From Prorocentrum cordatum (taxonomy: Eukaryota): a stretch of DNA of 64,000 bases. The stretch spans positions 248,001-312,000 of the forward strand of contig CAUYUJ010000059.1 in the NCBI GenBank assembly GCA_963575745.1. Reading direction: 5' to 3'. The notes under the pieces are model-generated. The model was not told the DNA's origin. It worked only from the letters and a program-made list of their open reading frames with translations, and did no database searches. This document shows positions 1 to 13,390 of this stretch, piece after piece. The translations under genes were made by a program, and so were the position numbers. Every line of letters begins with the position of its first letter. The stretch's first letter is position 1.

Positions 1-163
1 ACCCCCTTCACACGCTCCGTGGCCCCATTAGGAAGCTCGACCGAGGCCCCCGCGGCCGAAGTCCCTCACTTGCACGCGAGACTCGCAGCTGCACATGGCT
101 GGGCCCTTCGACAGGAGAATGTGTTTTCAACTGCCCGGTGTTCGGCCAGCAAAAACTCAGCGA

Positions 164-332
164 GCGAAGAACGGTATAAAATAAATTGTTTCGCTGTCGG
201 GGGCGCCTGTCCCTGGGCGGCTGGAAAGTTTATACCCCTACGGTGCCACCGTAAGGGTATAAACTTTCCAGCCGCCCTGGGGCAGGTGTCCCCGACGGCG
301 AAAAAGTTTAAGTATTCTATATTGTTCTTCGC
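164..332. mobile_element. Foldback/MITE-like long inverted repeat (~80 bp arms, 5 nt loop)
   Basis: GCGAAGAAC...GGGCGGCTGGAAAGTTTATACCCCTACGG-TGCCA-CCGTAAGGGTATAAACTTTCCAGCCGCCC...GTTCTTCGC; the arms are near-reverse complements. Confidence 0.75.
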
Positions 333-805
333 CCGTTAAAAAAACGGACAAACAACAAGGCAGCCAAAGACAAAACGCCATCGGCAGTACAAAAAGCGAA
401 GCCGAACCGAAGACAGCGCGACAGTCGGACCCGAACATGGCAAAGAAGCCGCCGATCCTCAAGACGGGGGAAAACGCCCCCCCCAAGGGTTTTGAACATC
501 ACTCAATGTCACGACCACGACGCCAGCGGCGGTGGCCGCGGCAACGACGGCCGCGCGGCGGCGCTGGGTAGAGACGGCGTGGCGCGGCACGGCTTGTGGC
601 ATTGCGCGGCGCGGTTGACCAGTATGGCGCGGTACAGGCCTCGGAACAAATTAGCGAACCCATGTCACATTAATCCGTCAACGCCCCCCCTCCCCCCCGA
701 TGTTCAGAGCTGGCGGTGGGTCTGATGAGCTGCACTTCGACCGCAGTCTCCCGCGCGCGTGCCAACATTGAGTTTGGGGGGGAGGCGCTCTACCGTGTTG
801 AGGAC

Positions 806-1329
<524 letters not shown>

Positions 1330-2312
1330 CTTTTCGCGGGGAGGCGCGAGTGTTCAGTAATTGCTGCCCTCTACCGTGTTGCGCATTTGCGGCACTGCGT
1401 TGCGCGGCGTGGTGCGGTGGCGCGTCTCGTTGCGGGTCGAACGCGGGCGCTCGCCTCGAGCGGGCAGCGCTGTCCGGACGCGTCGGCCGTCCGCGCCCCA
1501 TGGGCGCGCCGGCCCTCCAGGCCGCCAGGAGCAGGCGGAGGAGGTGCGAGGAATGAGAGGAGGATGTCGGACTGCCAAGCTGTCGAACCCGATGGCCTGC
1601 CAGCAGAGTGGAGGAGGAGGAGGAGGAGGAGGAGGAGGAGAATGGAGAATGGAGAATGGAGAATGGAGGAGGAGGAGGAGGAGGAGGAGGAGGAGAGAGG
1701 AGAGGAGAAGGAGGAGGAGAGGAGGGAGGAGGAGGAGGGAGGAGGAGGAGGAGAATGGAGAATGGAGAATGGAGAATGGAGGAGGAGGAGGAGGAGGAGG
1801 AGGAAGAAGAAGAAGAAGATGAGGAGCGGGAGAAGTAGGAGGAGGAGAAGGAGGATGAGGAGGAGGAGATGGAGGAGGAGGAGGAGGAGGAGGAGGTGGA
1901 GGAGATGGAGGAGGAGGAGGAGGATGGAGGAGATGGAGGAGGATGAGGTGGAGGAGATGGAGGAGGAATCAGAGGGTGGACCAGGGAGGCGCCACGAGGA
2001 GCGACAGAGGAAATGAGGGACGAGAAAGAGGAGGGACCACCAGAGTGAACCACAGATGCACAATGGGTGTTGCAGAACACCCTCCCGCCCCAAGTCCCCC
2101 CCCCTCCCCCTTCATGCGCCCCTATCTTTCCAGTGCATGAGGCGTCCTCCTTGAACGACCAGCACAGTTGGGCCTGCCATGTCGGCGAGGGCAGCGCCGC
2201 TTTGAAAAGGAAGTATCACTCATCTTACGGGCGTGTAAGCAGGAACGCGGACGACAAAGACCATAGAGTTGTACGAGATGTCCCGTGTTTCACCTGGTTG
2301 GAAGATAGTCCC

Positions 2313-2314
<2 letters not shown>

Positions 2315-2375
<61 letters not shown>

Positions 2376-2496
2376 GCACACACACACACAAAAAAACAAA
2401 CAAACAAACAAACACACACACACACACACGCGCGCGTGCGCACGCACACATACACACACACGCACGCACGCACGCACACACGCACACACACACATA

Positions 2497-2536
<40 letters not shown>

Positions 2537-2596
2537 CGCACACACACACACACACACACGCACACTCGCACACACGCACACACACACACACACACT
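2315..2596. repeat. (CA)n microsatellite
   Basis: Directly visible. Confidence 0.95.
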
Positions 2597-2619
2597 CGTG
2601 TACTTGTCGCACACGTTTG

Positions 2620-3790
2620 CGTGTGTGGCGGCACACGTTGAAGAAGTCCCAAGCGACAGTTCCACTCTGAAGCAGAGCTTTCGGGCGGTTAAACTTAACG
2701 ACGTACCAGGCAAGAGCTTGCTTTTGGAAAAGAGTAACCCTCCATCTGGCTAGATGTTTCATTAACCTGCGAATGTGCGCGGTGTTGGGTTGAGGGCCCC
2801 AGCTGGAACACGAATAGTGCTCAATCCCCTTAAACTGTTGAACAAGTTCGGGGCCAATGCTCGCGACGCTGAGGCGAGAGCCCCAGCCTGAAACAGCGAG
2901 CGCAATAGTTTCAAAACGGAGAATGCGCGCGGCGCCAGGGCGAGAGCACCCTTTTGGCCCCCTCGATCTGTGAGGCAGTTGCGGTGTTAAGGCACGTGTG
3001 CGCGGCGCTATGGTCAGGTCGGGCCTGCCCCCCTACACGGGGATTTTCGACGAATAATTAAAAATACACAAAATAGTCAAAAAATAAGCCAAAAATTGTC
3101 AGGGGACTATTTTTGGACTATTTGTTGGCCCTTTTGGTGCATTTTTGGGGAACTTTTTTTTCCGTCGAAAATCCCCCTGTAGGGGGACAGGCCCGACATA
3201 ACGCTAGGGCGAGAGCTCTACTTCGAAGACGCCCCCCTCCACCGTGAAGCGAGTGCAATCTGTTCCGGCGAATTGCACGTGGCGCGGAGGCGAGATCCAT
3301 AGTTTGGAAATTGCCCCCCTCCATCCTCCCAGCTGTTGCAACTTTAAGACGAATCTGCGCGGCGCGAAGACGAGAGCCATTGTTTGAAAACGATTTCCCC
3401 TGCATCAGTGAAGCTGTTGCCGATGTTTATGAAGAAGCTCGCGGCTCTAGGTGAGAGCCACCTTTTGAAATGGAACCGCCCTCCATCGTTGAACCTGTTG
3501 CAAGCTTACAAGACGAATGTGCGCGGTGCTAACGCGAAAGCAACACTTTGAAAACGATTCACTCCATCCCTACAATTGTTCCCAGCGCCTAAGACGATTG
3601 TGCGCGCCACTAAAGCGAGATCCACATTTTGAACATGATCCCTCCATCCTTGAAGCTGTCGCAAACTGTTAGACGGACATTCGCAACGCTAAGGCGAGAG
3701 CCTTTCTTTGAAAACGACCCTCGTCACCCGTGAAGCCGTTGCAAAGTTCAAGGTGAAGGACCATGAAGGGTGAGGAAGTCTCAGGCAAAA
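2620..3790 (+). repeat. Degenerate ~80 bp tandem array (unit ~GAATGTGCGCGGCGCTAAGGCGAGAGCCACATTTTGAAAACGATCCCTCCATCCTTGAAGCTGTTGCAA), part of a dispersed composite repeat
   Basis: Unit recurs near 2771, 2921, 3270, 3351, 3515, 3594 and 3675; homologous blocks at ~6100-6250 and ~34080-34790. Confidence 0.8.
3016..3200. mobile_element. MITE family A copy inserted into the 80 bp array
   Basis: ~37 bp TIRs GTCGGGCCTGCCCCCCTACACGGGGATTTTCGACG / CGTCGAAAATCCCCCTGTAGGGGGACAGGCCCGAC; it splits a GCGCGGCGCTA|AGGCGAGAGC array unit. Confidence 0.8.
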
Positions 3791-6700
3791 CGTCCGACCC
3801 ACCCTACCGATTCGTCTGGGGGGTGCGACAGGAAGGAGTCATTTACATGGAACAGGGATGGAGGACGACGAGGGCGGGAGGGAGGAGGGAGGATGGAGCA
3901 AGGATATCGGAGGTTGGAGGAGACAGGAGCATGAGGGACAATGAGGAGGGACGACGAGGAGGGACGACGAGGATGACGAGGGAGGAGGGAACAGGGAGCA
4001 CGACGACGAGCACGAGCCACGAGGAAGTCCGAGAAGGAGGGCGAGCAAGGACGAGAGACGAGCAAGGAGAAGGAGGGGCGAGGAGGGAGGGATGAGGGAG
4101 GAGGAGGAGAAGAATGTGGAGGAGGAGGAGGAGGAGGAGGAGGAGGAGGGGCGTGTGTGAGAGACGAGAGGCGACCGTCGAAGGAAGGGAGAAGGAGGAC
4201 AGGGCCGAGGGAGGAGGACATGGAGGGCGTGGTATGCACGCGGCATGCGACCCAGTGAGGTCCCTTGCGGGGATGTGGCCCATGTGGGGGCGGAGGGTTG
4301 GGGGGGGGGGGGGGCTAGACCGAGGAGGCAGGGGAGGGGAGGGGATGGGACGCGGAGGTTGAGGAGGGAAAGAAGGAGGGTACTGCGGGGGCGCGGAGCA
4401 GGGGTCCAGAACGGGGCGCAGAGGAGGGTTGGGAAGAGGGGCAAGAAGGGAAAGCTCCTCCCTGCGTCCTCCCTCCGAAGGGGGGCGGATGGGAGGGGAG
4501 GGCGGGACTGAGGGCGAGAGGAGTGTGTTTTTAAGTTGATCTGCAGTCACATCTTTCGTCTCCTCGTGGCCCACTGGTCAGGCCCTGGCCTTGACTCCTC
4601 ATCCGCGCACTCGTCCTCCCGCCTTCCACAACCTTCTCATCGTCATCCCTCCTGCGCTCCCCGTGTCCTCCGGAGGGGAAGAGGGGGAGGATGAGCAGGG
4701 GGAGGGAAAGGGGGAAAGAGGAGGAGCAAGAGCAAGAGGAGGAGGAGGAGGAGGAGGAGGTGGAGGAGGAGGAGGAGGAGGACTCCACTACCCTCTACCT
4801 CTCCTCACCCTCTCTTCTATCCCTCCTGGGGCTGCCCAGGGCACCCAGTTCTCTCGACCCACACCCTCCCCCCTGCCATACCTCCTGTACCTTCCATCCC
4901 GTCCATCCCTCCTTCACCTCCCCCCCATCCTTCACGTCCCCTCCCATACCTTCCATCCCATCCATCCCTCCTTCCCCTCCCATACCTTCCACCCTCCTTC
5001 ACTTCACTTCCCCATCCCATACCTTCCATCCCATACCTTCCATCCCATCCATCCCTCCTTCACTTCCCCTCCCATACCTTCTATTCCATCCACCCCTCCT
5101 TCACTTCCCCTCTCATACCTTCCATCCCGTCCATCCCTCCTTCGCTTCCCCCCTCGCCTCCTCCCAAGAATAACCGGCCAGCGGGGCGGTACAGTGCAAG
5201 ACCTTTGGGATCGAGGCGTGCCTAGTCAGGCCCGCGGGTCCTTACACCCTCTCCTAGTTGGGGTCCGGCTCGGGCACCCTTCATGTGTCCAACCTTGCAG
5301 GAACCGGTCTTGAACCCCACTGTGAATCCGGGCTGACCCCCCCGAGTCGTCAGCTTTGCCTCGCCCGGCCTGATCCTTGCCGCACAGCCGCCGCCCTCCT
5401 CTGTGTCCTCCTCCCTCCGTTGCCCATCCTCTCGCCACCGTCTTCCTTGCGTCCGCCGTCGCCGTCGCTTTCGATGCGAGGGCGAGCTGCTTTGGTACCG
5501 TCTCCACCGCAGCAACTGCGAGACTTTCGAGATGACTGCCTCCGAGGCGCTCTCTCTCTCTCCTCTTCCCTCCCGCAGGAGAGGGGAGGAGGAGCAGGAG
5601 AAGGAAGAGGAGAAGTATGGGGAGAGGAGGATCGAGGTGTTTGGGCGCTTGGGACCCTTTGCGGGCCTCCAGGGGACCTCCAATGTCCCTCGGGGCTCCG
5701 GAGACCTCAGGAAATCCCACGAGGCCTCGCAGGGCCGCCTCTGAACTAGGAGCAGGGAGAGGAACAGGAGGGAGGAGGACCAGTGTAAACCCAAGACGCA
5801 TCAACGAGAATGCAATAAACCCTCCCTCCAAGTTTCTTCTTCATAGGCACCTACAAGGATCTGTTTTCATTTAGGGGAGTGTCCCGTTGGAAGGCAAACG
5901 TTTGCAAATCCTGAGCTGTGCCAGAAAGCCAGTCCTTCGACTCAACGCCGCGAAACAACGCTACTGCTGCGTCTTGATTATCCAGAGTCGTACCAGACAG
6001 CACCATTTCTGGGATTCCAACTCCACATAGCAACGAAATTGTCGCGCCCGACATCGTGCCAAATTATTATTTTGAGTATGTAGGCCATGAGAACCTTTCA
6101 AATGTGTTACGAACGTTCAAGGCGAATGTGCACGGCGCTTAGGCGAGAGCCACATTTTGAAAACGGCCCGCCCTCCATCCGTGAAGTTGTTGCAAATTTC
6201 AAGTTTCAGGATCATTCATAGTGAGGAAGTCTCAGGCGAAACGCCCGGCCCGCCCTTGCCTCCGGCTTCGGGGTGGGAAGGGGAGGAGTTACTTGCAAGG
6301 AAAAGGAATGGAGGAGGAGGAGGAGGAGGAGGAGGAGGAGGAAGTCGATGCCGAGGATGGCGACGGCGAAAGCGAGAACGACCACCAGGAAAGTCTGCTG
6401 GGGTGCTCCTGGCGTTCCCCTTCGCCCCTCGGTTGCGGCAGCACGGGTCATGGCCTGCGGCCCCGTGGGGCAGCTTGGCCCAGGGTACCGCGCATCAGCC
6501 CTCAGGCCGCCCCCCCCCCCCCCCCCTTCCTCTGCAATAGACACGTGCGCACCCCTCCCCTCCACTCCTCGCTCCTCTACCACCTTCCCTCTCTCTCACG
6601 CGCTGCGAGGACCGTCGCAGGCGGCCCCGCCTGCCTCTCCTTCTCTTCCTCTGTCAAGCCAGTCTCCTCATCCAGACTCACTCAGCGATGGCCTCACCTC

Positions 6701-7192
6701 ATCTCATCCCCCCTCTCCCCTCCCCTCCAAGCCCTCCAACCCTCCAACCCTCCCCTCCCATCCTCCCCTTCCCAACCCTCCCCTCCCCAGCCCAACCCTC
6801 CCCTCTCCAACCCTCCCCTCCCCGACCTCCACTGCTCTCTCCTCCCCAACCCTCCTCTCCCCCCCTCCCCTTCCCCTTCAAGCCTGCCCTGCCCTGCTCA
6901 TCGTCTGGCCTCCCCTCCAGCGAGGCCTCGGGATGGGACAGACTCGGGTCGTCTGAGCGCCGCACTTGCACACCTGAGAACCTCCTGGAGTGCAAAAGCG
7001 GAGAAGGACAGGAGAGAAGTAGGCCTCAATGTTGTCTGGTCCTCTTCTGGGCCCCTTCAGGCCATCTTGGGGGAGGGATGGGGGAGGGGGCCGAGAAAGG
7101 ACGAGCACCACATCGACGAGAATGGAGGAAGAGGTGGAGGAGAAGGTGATTATGACGCGGGACGGGTAGGGTCACAGACAAGGTGATTACCG

Positions 7193-7400
7193 GTGGAGGA
7201 GAATCTAGATCAGGAGTCTGACGACAACGTCTGCGAGGGCAGAAATATCGAAGGAAAGGGCGGCGTGCCTCAATGTTTTGATTGCGGTGATTATGGGTAC
7301 ACCTCGAGGGAATACCACAGGGGCAAAAGAAAAGGAGGACATGCAGGAGTGAAGGATTACGGTCGAGTACCGTGCAAGGAGCCAGCAAGGGTTACGGCAA
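7193..7400 (+). pseudogene. Degenerate CCHC zinc-knuckle (Gag/nucleocapsid-like) relic
   Basis: Translation GKGGVPQCFDCGDYGYTSREYHRGKRKGG resembles C-x2-C-x4-H-x4-C with H and the last C lost; flanked by GKG motifs. Confidence 0.35.
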
Positions 7401-7737
7401 GAGCACGCACAGCGGCGGCAGCAAACAATACAGAAATTGCCCGTTTGATGCGGGGCGAGCGGGGGCATGGGGGGGGGCACAGCGCCCCCAGCAAGGGAGG
7501 CGACGCAAGCGGATTCGCTCCGAACAGGGACAGATCTTGTCACCACTGGAGATCAGGGGCGTCGGAGGTGAAGGGGTGAGATCGCAGTGGAACGGAGAGC
7601 CCCCCCCCACACCGGGAAATGGGCTGCGATTTGCGGGCGAGGCGAAGATGCGTGGGCGGGCGAGAAGACCGAGCCCTCCTCCGGCTGGGGCGCCTCTCGG
7701 CCAGCGGTGGCCGGGGGTGTTTTGTCGGTGTCCCTCT

Positions 7738-7998
7738 GTGAGATCGACAGTGAGATCTACAGTCAGAACGATGGTGAGATCGATAGCGAGATCTATGATG
7801 AGATCGGTAGTGATTTCGATAGTGGGATCGATGAGTGAGATCGACGAAGTGAGATCGATTGTGAGAACGATAGTGATGTCCCGTCAGTGCTCCGTAACGG
7901 GATCGATAGTGAGATCGATAGTGGGATCGTTAGTGAGACCGATAGTGAGATCGATAGTGGGATCGATAGTGAGATCGATGGTGAGATCGATTGAGTGA
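7738..7998. repeat. 12 bp minisatellite (GATCGATAGTGA)n
   Basis: Directly visible tandem repeat. Confidence 0.9.
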
Positions 7999-9165
7999 GA
8001 CGTTGGTCCCTCCCCCCTGCCGCCGAACCTCCTTATCACCCGAGGGGTGGTTGTATAGGTATTGCCGCTAACTGCCCCAAGCATAATGGAGCAACCGATT
8101 CGCAGCAGGGCAGCCAGCAGCAGCCACAATGTCAACCGCATTATTTAGGACGGGTTCAGGCATTCATTTGTGAAACCACACAGGTTCTAACCCCACCTGT
8201 CGGCGATTGCGGATGTTGGCAGCAGCAGTGCCATGAGAGGGCGATAGCTGGGATTTTTGCCGAGAGACACCAGCCAGAAAGGCGCACAGAAATCATTAGT
8301 AGAAATGAATAACCCTGCGAGCGAGTCGAGTGGCTCGTCCAAAGAATACCAAAAGGTGATCACGGAGACAGTTGTAGTTGCCGTTGGTTCTCGGGTACGC
8401 CATCTCCGTAGGCCCAACCATGGATGGAGCTGACTTCCCAGCTAAGCCGATTGGGGCGCCAAACCAAGCAAGCGCCACAGCGCCGCAAACAGGTATGTTA
8501 TCAGGAACCGCGGGCAGAGCGGGTAAGAACGGGCAGATGTAGATGGTTGGCGTGCCGATATTATACAAAGGGCAAGTCGTCCTTGACGTTTTGTTTGGGG
8601 AGCTGTCCTGACTCTTGCGAATCCTTAGCCGTCGTCATGATAATGTCAACCGTTCATTTCGGTACGCGGCCGCCTCTTGGTGTGATGACAAGATTTAGGT
8701 GCTTCGTGAGGCCTTTGCAGAAACCCTCAAAATTCTAATTGACATCGATGTCGTGCACAGCTTCAGTTCACTCAGGTAATATGAGAAACATTCCAGTCGG
8801 GACTCTTCTACCGATTTCGATTTGGGATTGCACTCGAGTCGATGTTTACGCTTGCGCATACGGCCCCTTGGCCATCATCCAAGGCAAGCGCACTAGCCGT
8901 GCCGCAAGGCTCAAGGCAGGCTTCAACGGAGTTTGCCGCCCGCCAGCCGAGGCAATATAACATTGTCATCGCCATTATCCGCCCTCCTTCCGTACGGTCG
9001 GACCGAGGTATAAGATCGATGTCGGTTCGGGGAGGGTACCCAAATGTTCTTCGTGTGTTGTTGGATGTTCTTGTGCATCCTGGAGGAAGGTACCCTCGAA
9101 TGTTCTTCAGTCTGGCCTACGTAGGGTGACGCATTCTTGAACGATGTTCTCCTGTCCTAGGTCTG

Positions 9166-9187
9166 GCCGTAGCCGTTTTGGCTCAAG
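9166..9187 (+). other. Dinoflagellate spliced-leader (DinoSL) relic, full 22 nt
   Basis: GCCGTAGCCGTTTTGGCTCAAG is 21/22 identical to DCCGTAGCCATTTTGGCTCAAG and lies 75 nt upstream of the methyltransferase ATG. Confidence 0.93.
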
Positions 9188-9262
9188 CAGTTCGGGCTCG
9201 CTCTCTGGCAAATCGACAAGCGCCAGCACTTGGTCCAGCGGCTTCAGAAGCCCAAGCCGCAG

Positions 9263-10054
9263 ATGGCCGTGCTCCTCGGCCTCGCCTCCGGCGCCGCCCC
9301 CGCGGCCACGTTCCCAAACAGCCACTTGCTGGAGCCTCGCGCGAGCCGCGGCGCTTGGGCGCCCCCGCAGCGGCAGTGCGTGCTCAGCGAGCTCCGCAGA
9401 GCCGTGCAGGAGGAGGACTGGGCCCGGAACCACGCCGAGGCTGTCACGAAGATCCACATGCAGGCCCAGTGGTCGGCGAGCCCGGAGAGGTGCGCGGTGC
9501 TGCAGACGCTGGCGTCCGCGTCAAGGGCCTGGCGCGCGCTGGAGATCGGCAGTTTCTGCGGGGCCGCGGCGCTGGCGCTGGCAGAGGCGCTGCCAGCGGG
9601 CGGCGAGGTGCTGGCCCTGGAGCTGGACGAGTACGTGGTGAGCTTTGCCAAGCGCTTTCACGCGCGGAGTCCCAGCGGCCACAAGGTCAAGCACATGGTC
9701 GGGCCCGCAGTGGCGTCCCTCCAGGAGCTTGCGGACGCGGTCGCGGCGGGGAAGTGCGAGCCTTTCGACTTCGTCGTGGTGGACGCCGACAAGGAGTGCA
9801 TGAAGCAGTACTTCGACCAGCTGTGGAACACCCCAGGGATGCTCAGCAAGGATGCCGTCGTCTGCGTCGACCTCACCCCGTTCAAGGGGCAGCCGCCGCT
9901 GCGCTACCTGAAGTATGGGTTCCCCTACCAGTACGAGGCCGAGTCGGGCCAGAAGGCCATCGACGCGCTACGCGCGAGCATTGCCGCCTCGTCGAGGTTC
10001 GCCGCCTACGAGTTCGGACAGCTGCTGGTGGTGCAGGAGAGCCGCGGCCCGTGA
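9263..10054 (+). CDS. Class I SAM-dependent O-methyltransferase (caffeoyl-CoA OMT / Methyltransf_3-like), intronless retrogene, 263 aa
   Basis: Motifs RALEIGSFCG (SAM-binding motif I), VLALELD and PFDFVVVDADK; strong GC3 codon bias; first ATG after the SL relic; no introns. Confidence 0.88.
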   Translation: MAVLLGLASGAAPAATFPNSHLLEPRASRGAWAPPQRQCVLSELRRAVQEEDWARNHAEAVTKIHMQAQWSASPERCAVLQTLASASRAWRALEIGSFCGAAALALAEALPAGGEVLALELDEYVVSFAKRFHARSPSGHKVKHMVGPAVASLQELADAVAAGKCEPFDFVVVDADKECMKQYFDQLWNTPGMLSKDAVVCVDLTPFKGQPPLRYLKYGFPYQYEAESGQKAIDALRASIAASSRFAAYEFGQLLVVQESRGP

Positions 10055-10237
10055 GCAGCTCCCCGCCGCGCCCTGGCCAGGCGGGCAGCTCCCCCCATCG
10101 CTGGGGCAGGGCACCTGCAGCCAAGGCCCCCGACACACGGCGGGGGCGCTGGCTACGGAGTGTGCCCAGGAGGCTTCGGACCTCGGGGGGGTCCTTGGCT
10201 GATGGGGGGCGGCGGTGGTATTCACGGCCAGGCCTTG

Positions 10238-10382
10238 GGTCTGGCAGGTCCCTCTACATGAGCAATCGTCAAAAATAGTCGGGGACGATGTTTCGACTAT
10301 TTTTCACCATGTTTGCTCACTTGTTTGACTATGTTGAATTATTCCTTCAAGATCCGCCTGTAGGAAGACGTGCCCGACCTCA
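10238..10382. mobile_element. Degenerate MITE family A copy
   Basis: GGTCTGGCAGGTCCCTCTACA...CCTGTAGGAAGACGTGCCCGACCT matches family A termini. Confidence 0.65.
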
Positions 10383-10450
10383 GCCAAGCCTCTAGTGGCG
10401 TTCCACAGGCTTCCAGACCCTGGAGTCCTCATCCGAGGGATCCATATCTC

Positions 10451-10648
10451 GGCGGCGAGCGAGGGGGGGAAGTCAGAAGGGGCGCGCCTTCTCAGAAGGC
10501 TCGGAAGTCCCCGGGCCTCCTGAGAAGTTGTCTCAAGCGTTCCCCGAAGACACAGGAAACTCCTCGGAAGGCGCGAGGGCCTCTGAGAAGTCCCGTCGCC
10601 TTCTGAGAAGGCCTTCTCCTTCTCACCTCCCCCCCTCGCTCGCCGCCA
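10451..10648. mobile_element. MITE family G (second copy ~25821-26020)
   Basis: TIR GGCGGCGAGCGAGGGGGGGAAG / CCTCCCCCCTCGCTCGCCGCC; shared internal CTTCTCAGAAGG...CTGAGAAG motifs in both copies. Confidence 0.6.
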
Positions 10649-12131
10649 ATTACAGTCAAGACGCTGAAATAAGGAACAGTTTGGGTTCGGAAGGGGCTCG
10701 ATGTTCCTTAGGTTCCTCCAGTGCTGCTCCTTTTGCCCTCCTGGGGCACGGAGGCGCTCCCAGGGCCAAGAGGTGGCTTCGTTCCTCATGTAGCCCCGGG
10801 CCCCCCCCCCGCTCCTCGCTCGGCCTCTCCTGCTGGTGGCACGATGCTCGGCATCGCTCGGACGTGTGCATTTTTTTCGGCGAGGACCATCCTGGACCGT
10901 CGAGCGAAAAAAAAATAGCCAGGCGACAGACCCGCAATTGTGAATATCTTCTTCGTTGGCGCTCCCTATGGGGCCACGAGACGCTGTACTGGGTGGGCGA
11001 AACGCAGGGAGCAAGGGCCGTGTTGGGTGGTGGCGGACGCATGCGGGCGGTGCCACTGGGACCTTCCGTGGAGCTCCTTGAAGTGGCGGATTTCCCAATT
11101 CCGAGGGCCAGCGAAGGGAGGCCAGCGAACTCGGGCGCCGCCAGGCGGCAGCAGGCAAGACAAGCACGGGAGGTTGTGGAAAGGTCCCCTGGCCGGCAGC
11201 GGATTGTGCTCCAAGCCGTGCCACAGCAGGCGTGAAACTCGTCAGCGGTCACCTCGCAGGATTTCAAGACTGGTTGCGTGGCGGTGCGATTTCATACTCA
11301 AGCCTCAAAGCTCCACATTACAGAAGTTAATGCTGGACCCGTGATCGGTGAGCAGACCCATTCTCCTGGTCTTTCTCCCTCTCCTTTCACTTCCCTCTTC
11401 CTCTGCACTCTCATGCAACTTCCTTCCAAGTTGTTTTTCCTGTTCGCGGACCTGTACATACGTAAAGGTCGAGGAGACGACCACCGAAAACATATGAAAT
11501 GATTTCAAGTCGCCGGGTTGTTTGCATCGTTGCTTGTTGCAGCGACTAGTAACACTGCTGCACACTGAAGCGTTGAGCTTTAATTTTGTTGGCCCTAAGA
11601 CCTGCCGAGCCAGATGCATCACGATCACGTTAGTTTGTCTTGCAGGAGTCGTGTGTTGTGCGACGCGGTTTGGTGAAAATGTTTGGTGCTCGGTGTTCAG
11701 CATCCCTTGTCATTCTCTCAGGTTGCACAGACATCGGCGGGATGTCCTCTGCGTATCAAGACTACTGCTCAATCGTCAAAACCTAGATCAGAGCAGTGGA
11801 GCGCGGTGAACGGCAGGCCAGAGGCCAGCAGCGGCGCAAGCGCGAGCGGGTGGATGGGACAAACAATTGGGACCAAACAATTTAGAGCATGGCGGTGCGT
11901 CTGTGTAGGGCAAGGTGGCCCGCACCGAGGGCCAAGAAGGGGCTTGTGTACCGATGCACTTGGCGTAAGAGTGCACACTTGATGGATTGACTGGCTACGA
12001 CCACTTCAGAGGGCCCCGACCACCCTCCCAACAGTCCAACGCTAACTCCTAGCCTCCCCCACCTAAGCCGACGGCCCACCTAACTCCTAGCCTCCCCCAC
12101 CTAACTCCTAGCCTAACCGAGGAGGAGGAGA

Positions 12132-12202
12132 ATGATGATGATGATAGTGGTGGTGATGACGATGATGACGGCGATGAAGATGAAGATGAAGATGAAGATG
12201 AA

Positions 12203-12261
<59 letters not shown>

Positions 12262-12482
12262 GTATGATGATGACGACGATGATGACGACGATGATGACGA
12301 CGATGATGATGATGATTATGATGATGAGGATGATGATGATGCTGATGATGATGATGATGATGCTGCTGATGATGATGATGGTGATGGAGATGGTGATGGT
12401 GATGGTGATGGTGATGGTGATGACGATGATGACGATGATGACGATGGTGACGATGATGACGACAACGATGATGAGGATGAGG
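12132..12482. repeat. (GAT)n-type microsatellite
   Basis: Directly visible. Confidence 0.95.
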
Positions 12483-13390
12483 AAGCTGTAGAAGTAGAGG
12501 AGGAGGAGAACGATGGTGTGAGAAATCTGTGCCAATCACAGGCCCTCGTGGAACTGCGATTGTAAAATGGGACCTCAGTGTCGCAACGGCAACGCAGACG
12601 GCTGGAAATAATGTAATGATCAGCAGCTCTTGCCGCAACGCTTGCTTTGCATGACCGAGGGTCGATTGTTTTAATTACCAGCTGAGCGAAAGGGGAAACG
12701 TTGCCCTCACGTAGGGTCGTCATTGAAATGCTGCAGCCTGCACCTTCACCTCCTCAATCCTTCGACCACCCACTTCTCCTCCACGCGGTGACGGGCCCTC
12801 GGCCCGTGCACAGCTGTCAGCATGTTCTGGCCGCCAGCGCCGCGGCTGGGAGCTTCCACGATCGAGGCCAGATCGGTCCTCTCCACACATCCTCCCCTCA
12901 TCTCATCCGCGATCCTCCTTGCTTCTGCAGGGCGCCGGCCTAGATTCGAGCGCTTGACGTGCCCAAAAGGGACGCTCAAAGTACTGGCGGCTTGTACTTG
13001 TGAGCTGACGGTCGAAAGAGCGCTTTCTGCCGTTGCTGGCAGGGGGGGTCAAACCCCACCCCAGGAAAATTATTCGGGGGGTCCAGGGACCCGCCCCTCG
13101 GGAAAATTATTAGAGGGGTCCAGAGCCCCCCCCGGCAACGACGACGACGAGACCGACGACGACGACGACCACGATGACGACGTCGCCGCCGCTAGCAAAC
13201 GACCACGACGACGCACGACGACGACGACGGCGATGACGACGACGACGACCCCGACGCCGACGACGACGACGACGACGACGCAAACGCCGACGCCGATGCT
13301 GACGCCGACGCCAACTTCGACGCAGACACCGACGACGCCGATGACGACGAAGACGAAGACGGTTACGACGACGACGACGACGACGACGAC

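Noticed and set aside
2620..3790. CRISPR-like periodic array (also 13391-13880 and 27710-28200)
   Set aside because: Whole units are degenerate copies of each other with no identical repeat plus unique spacer structure; no cas genes; eukaryotic context.
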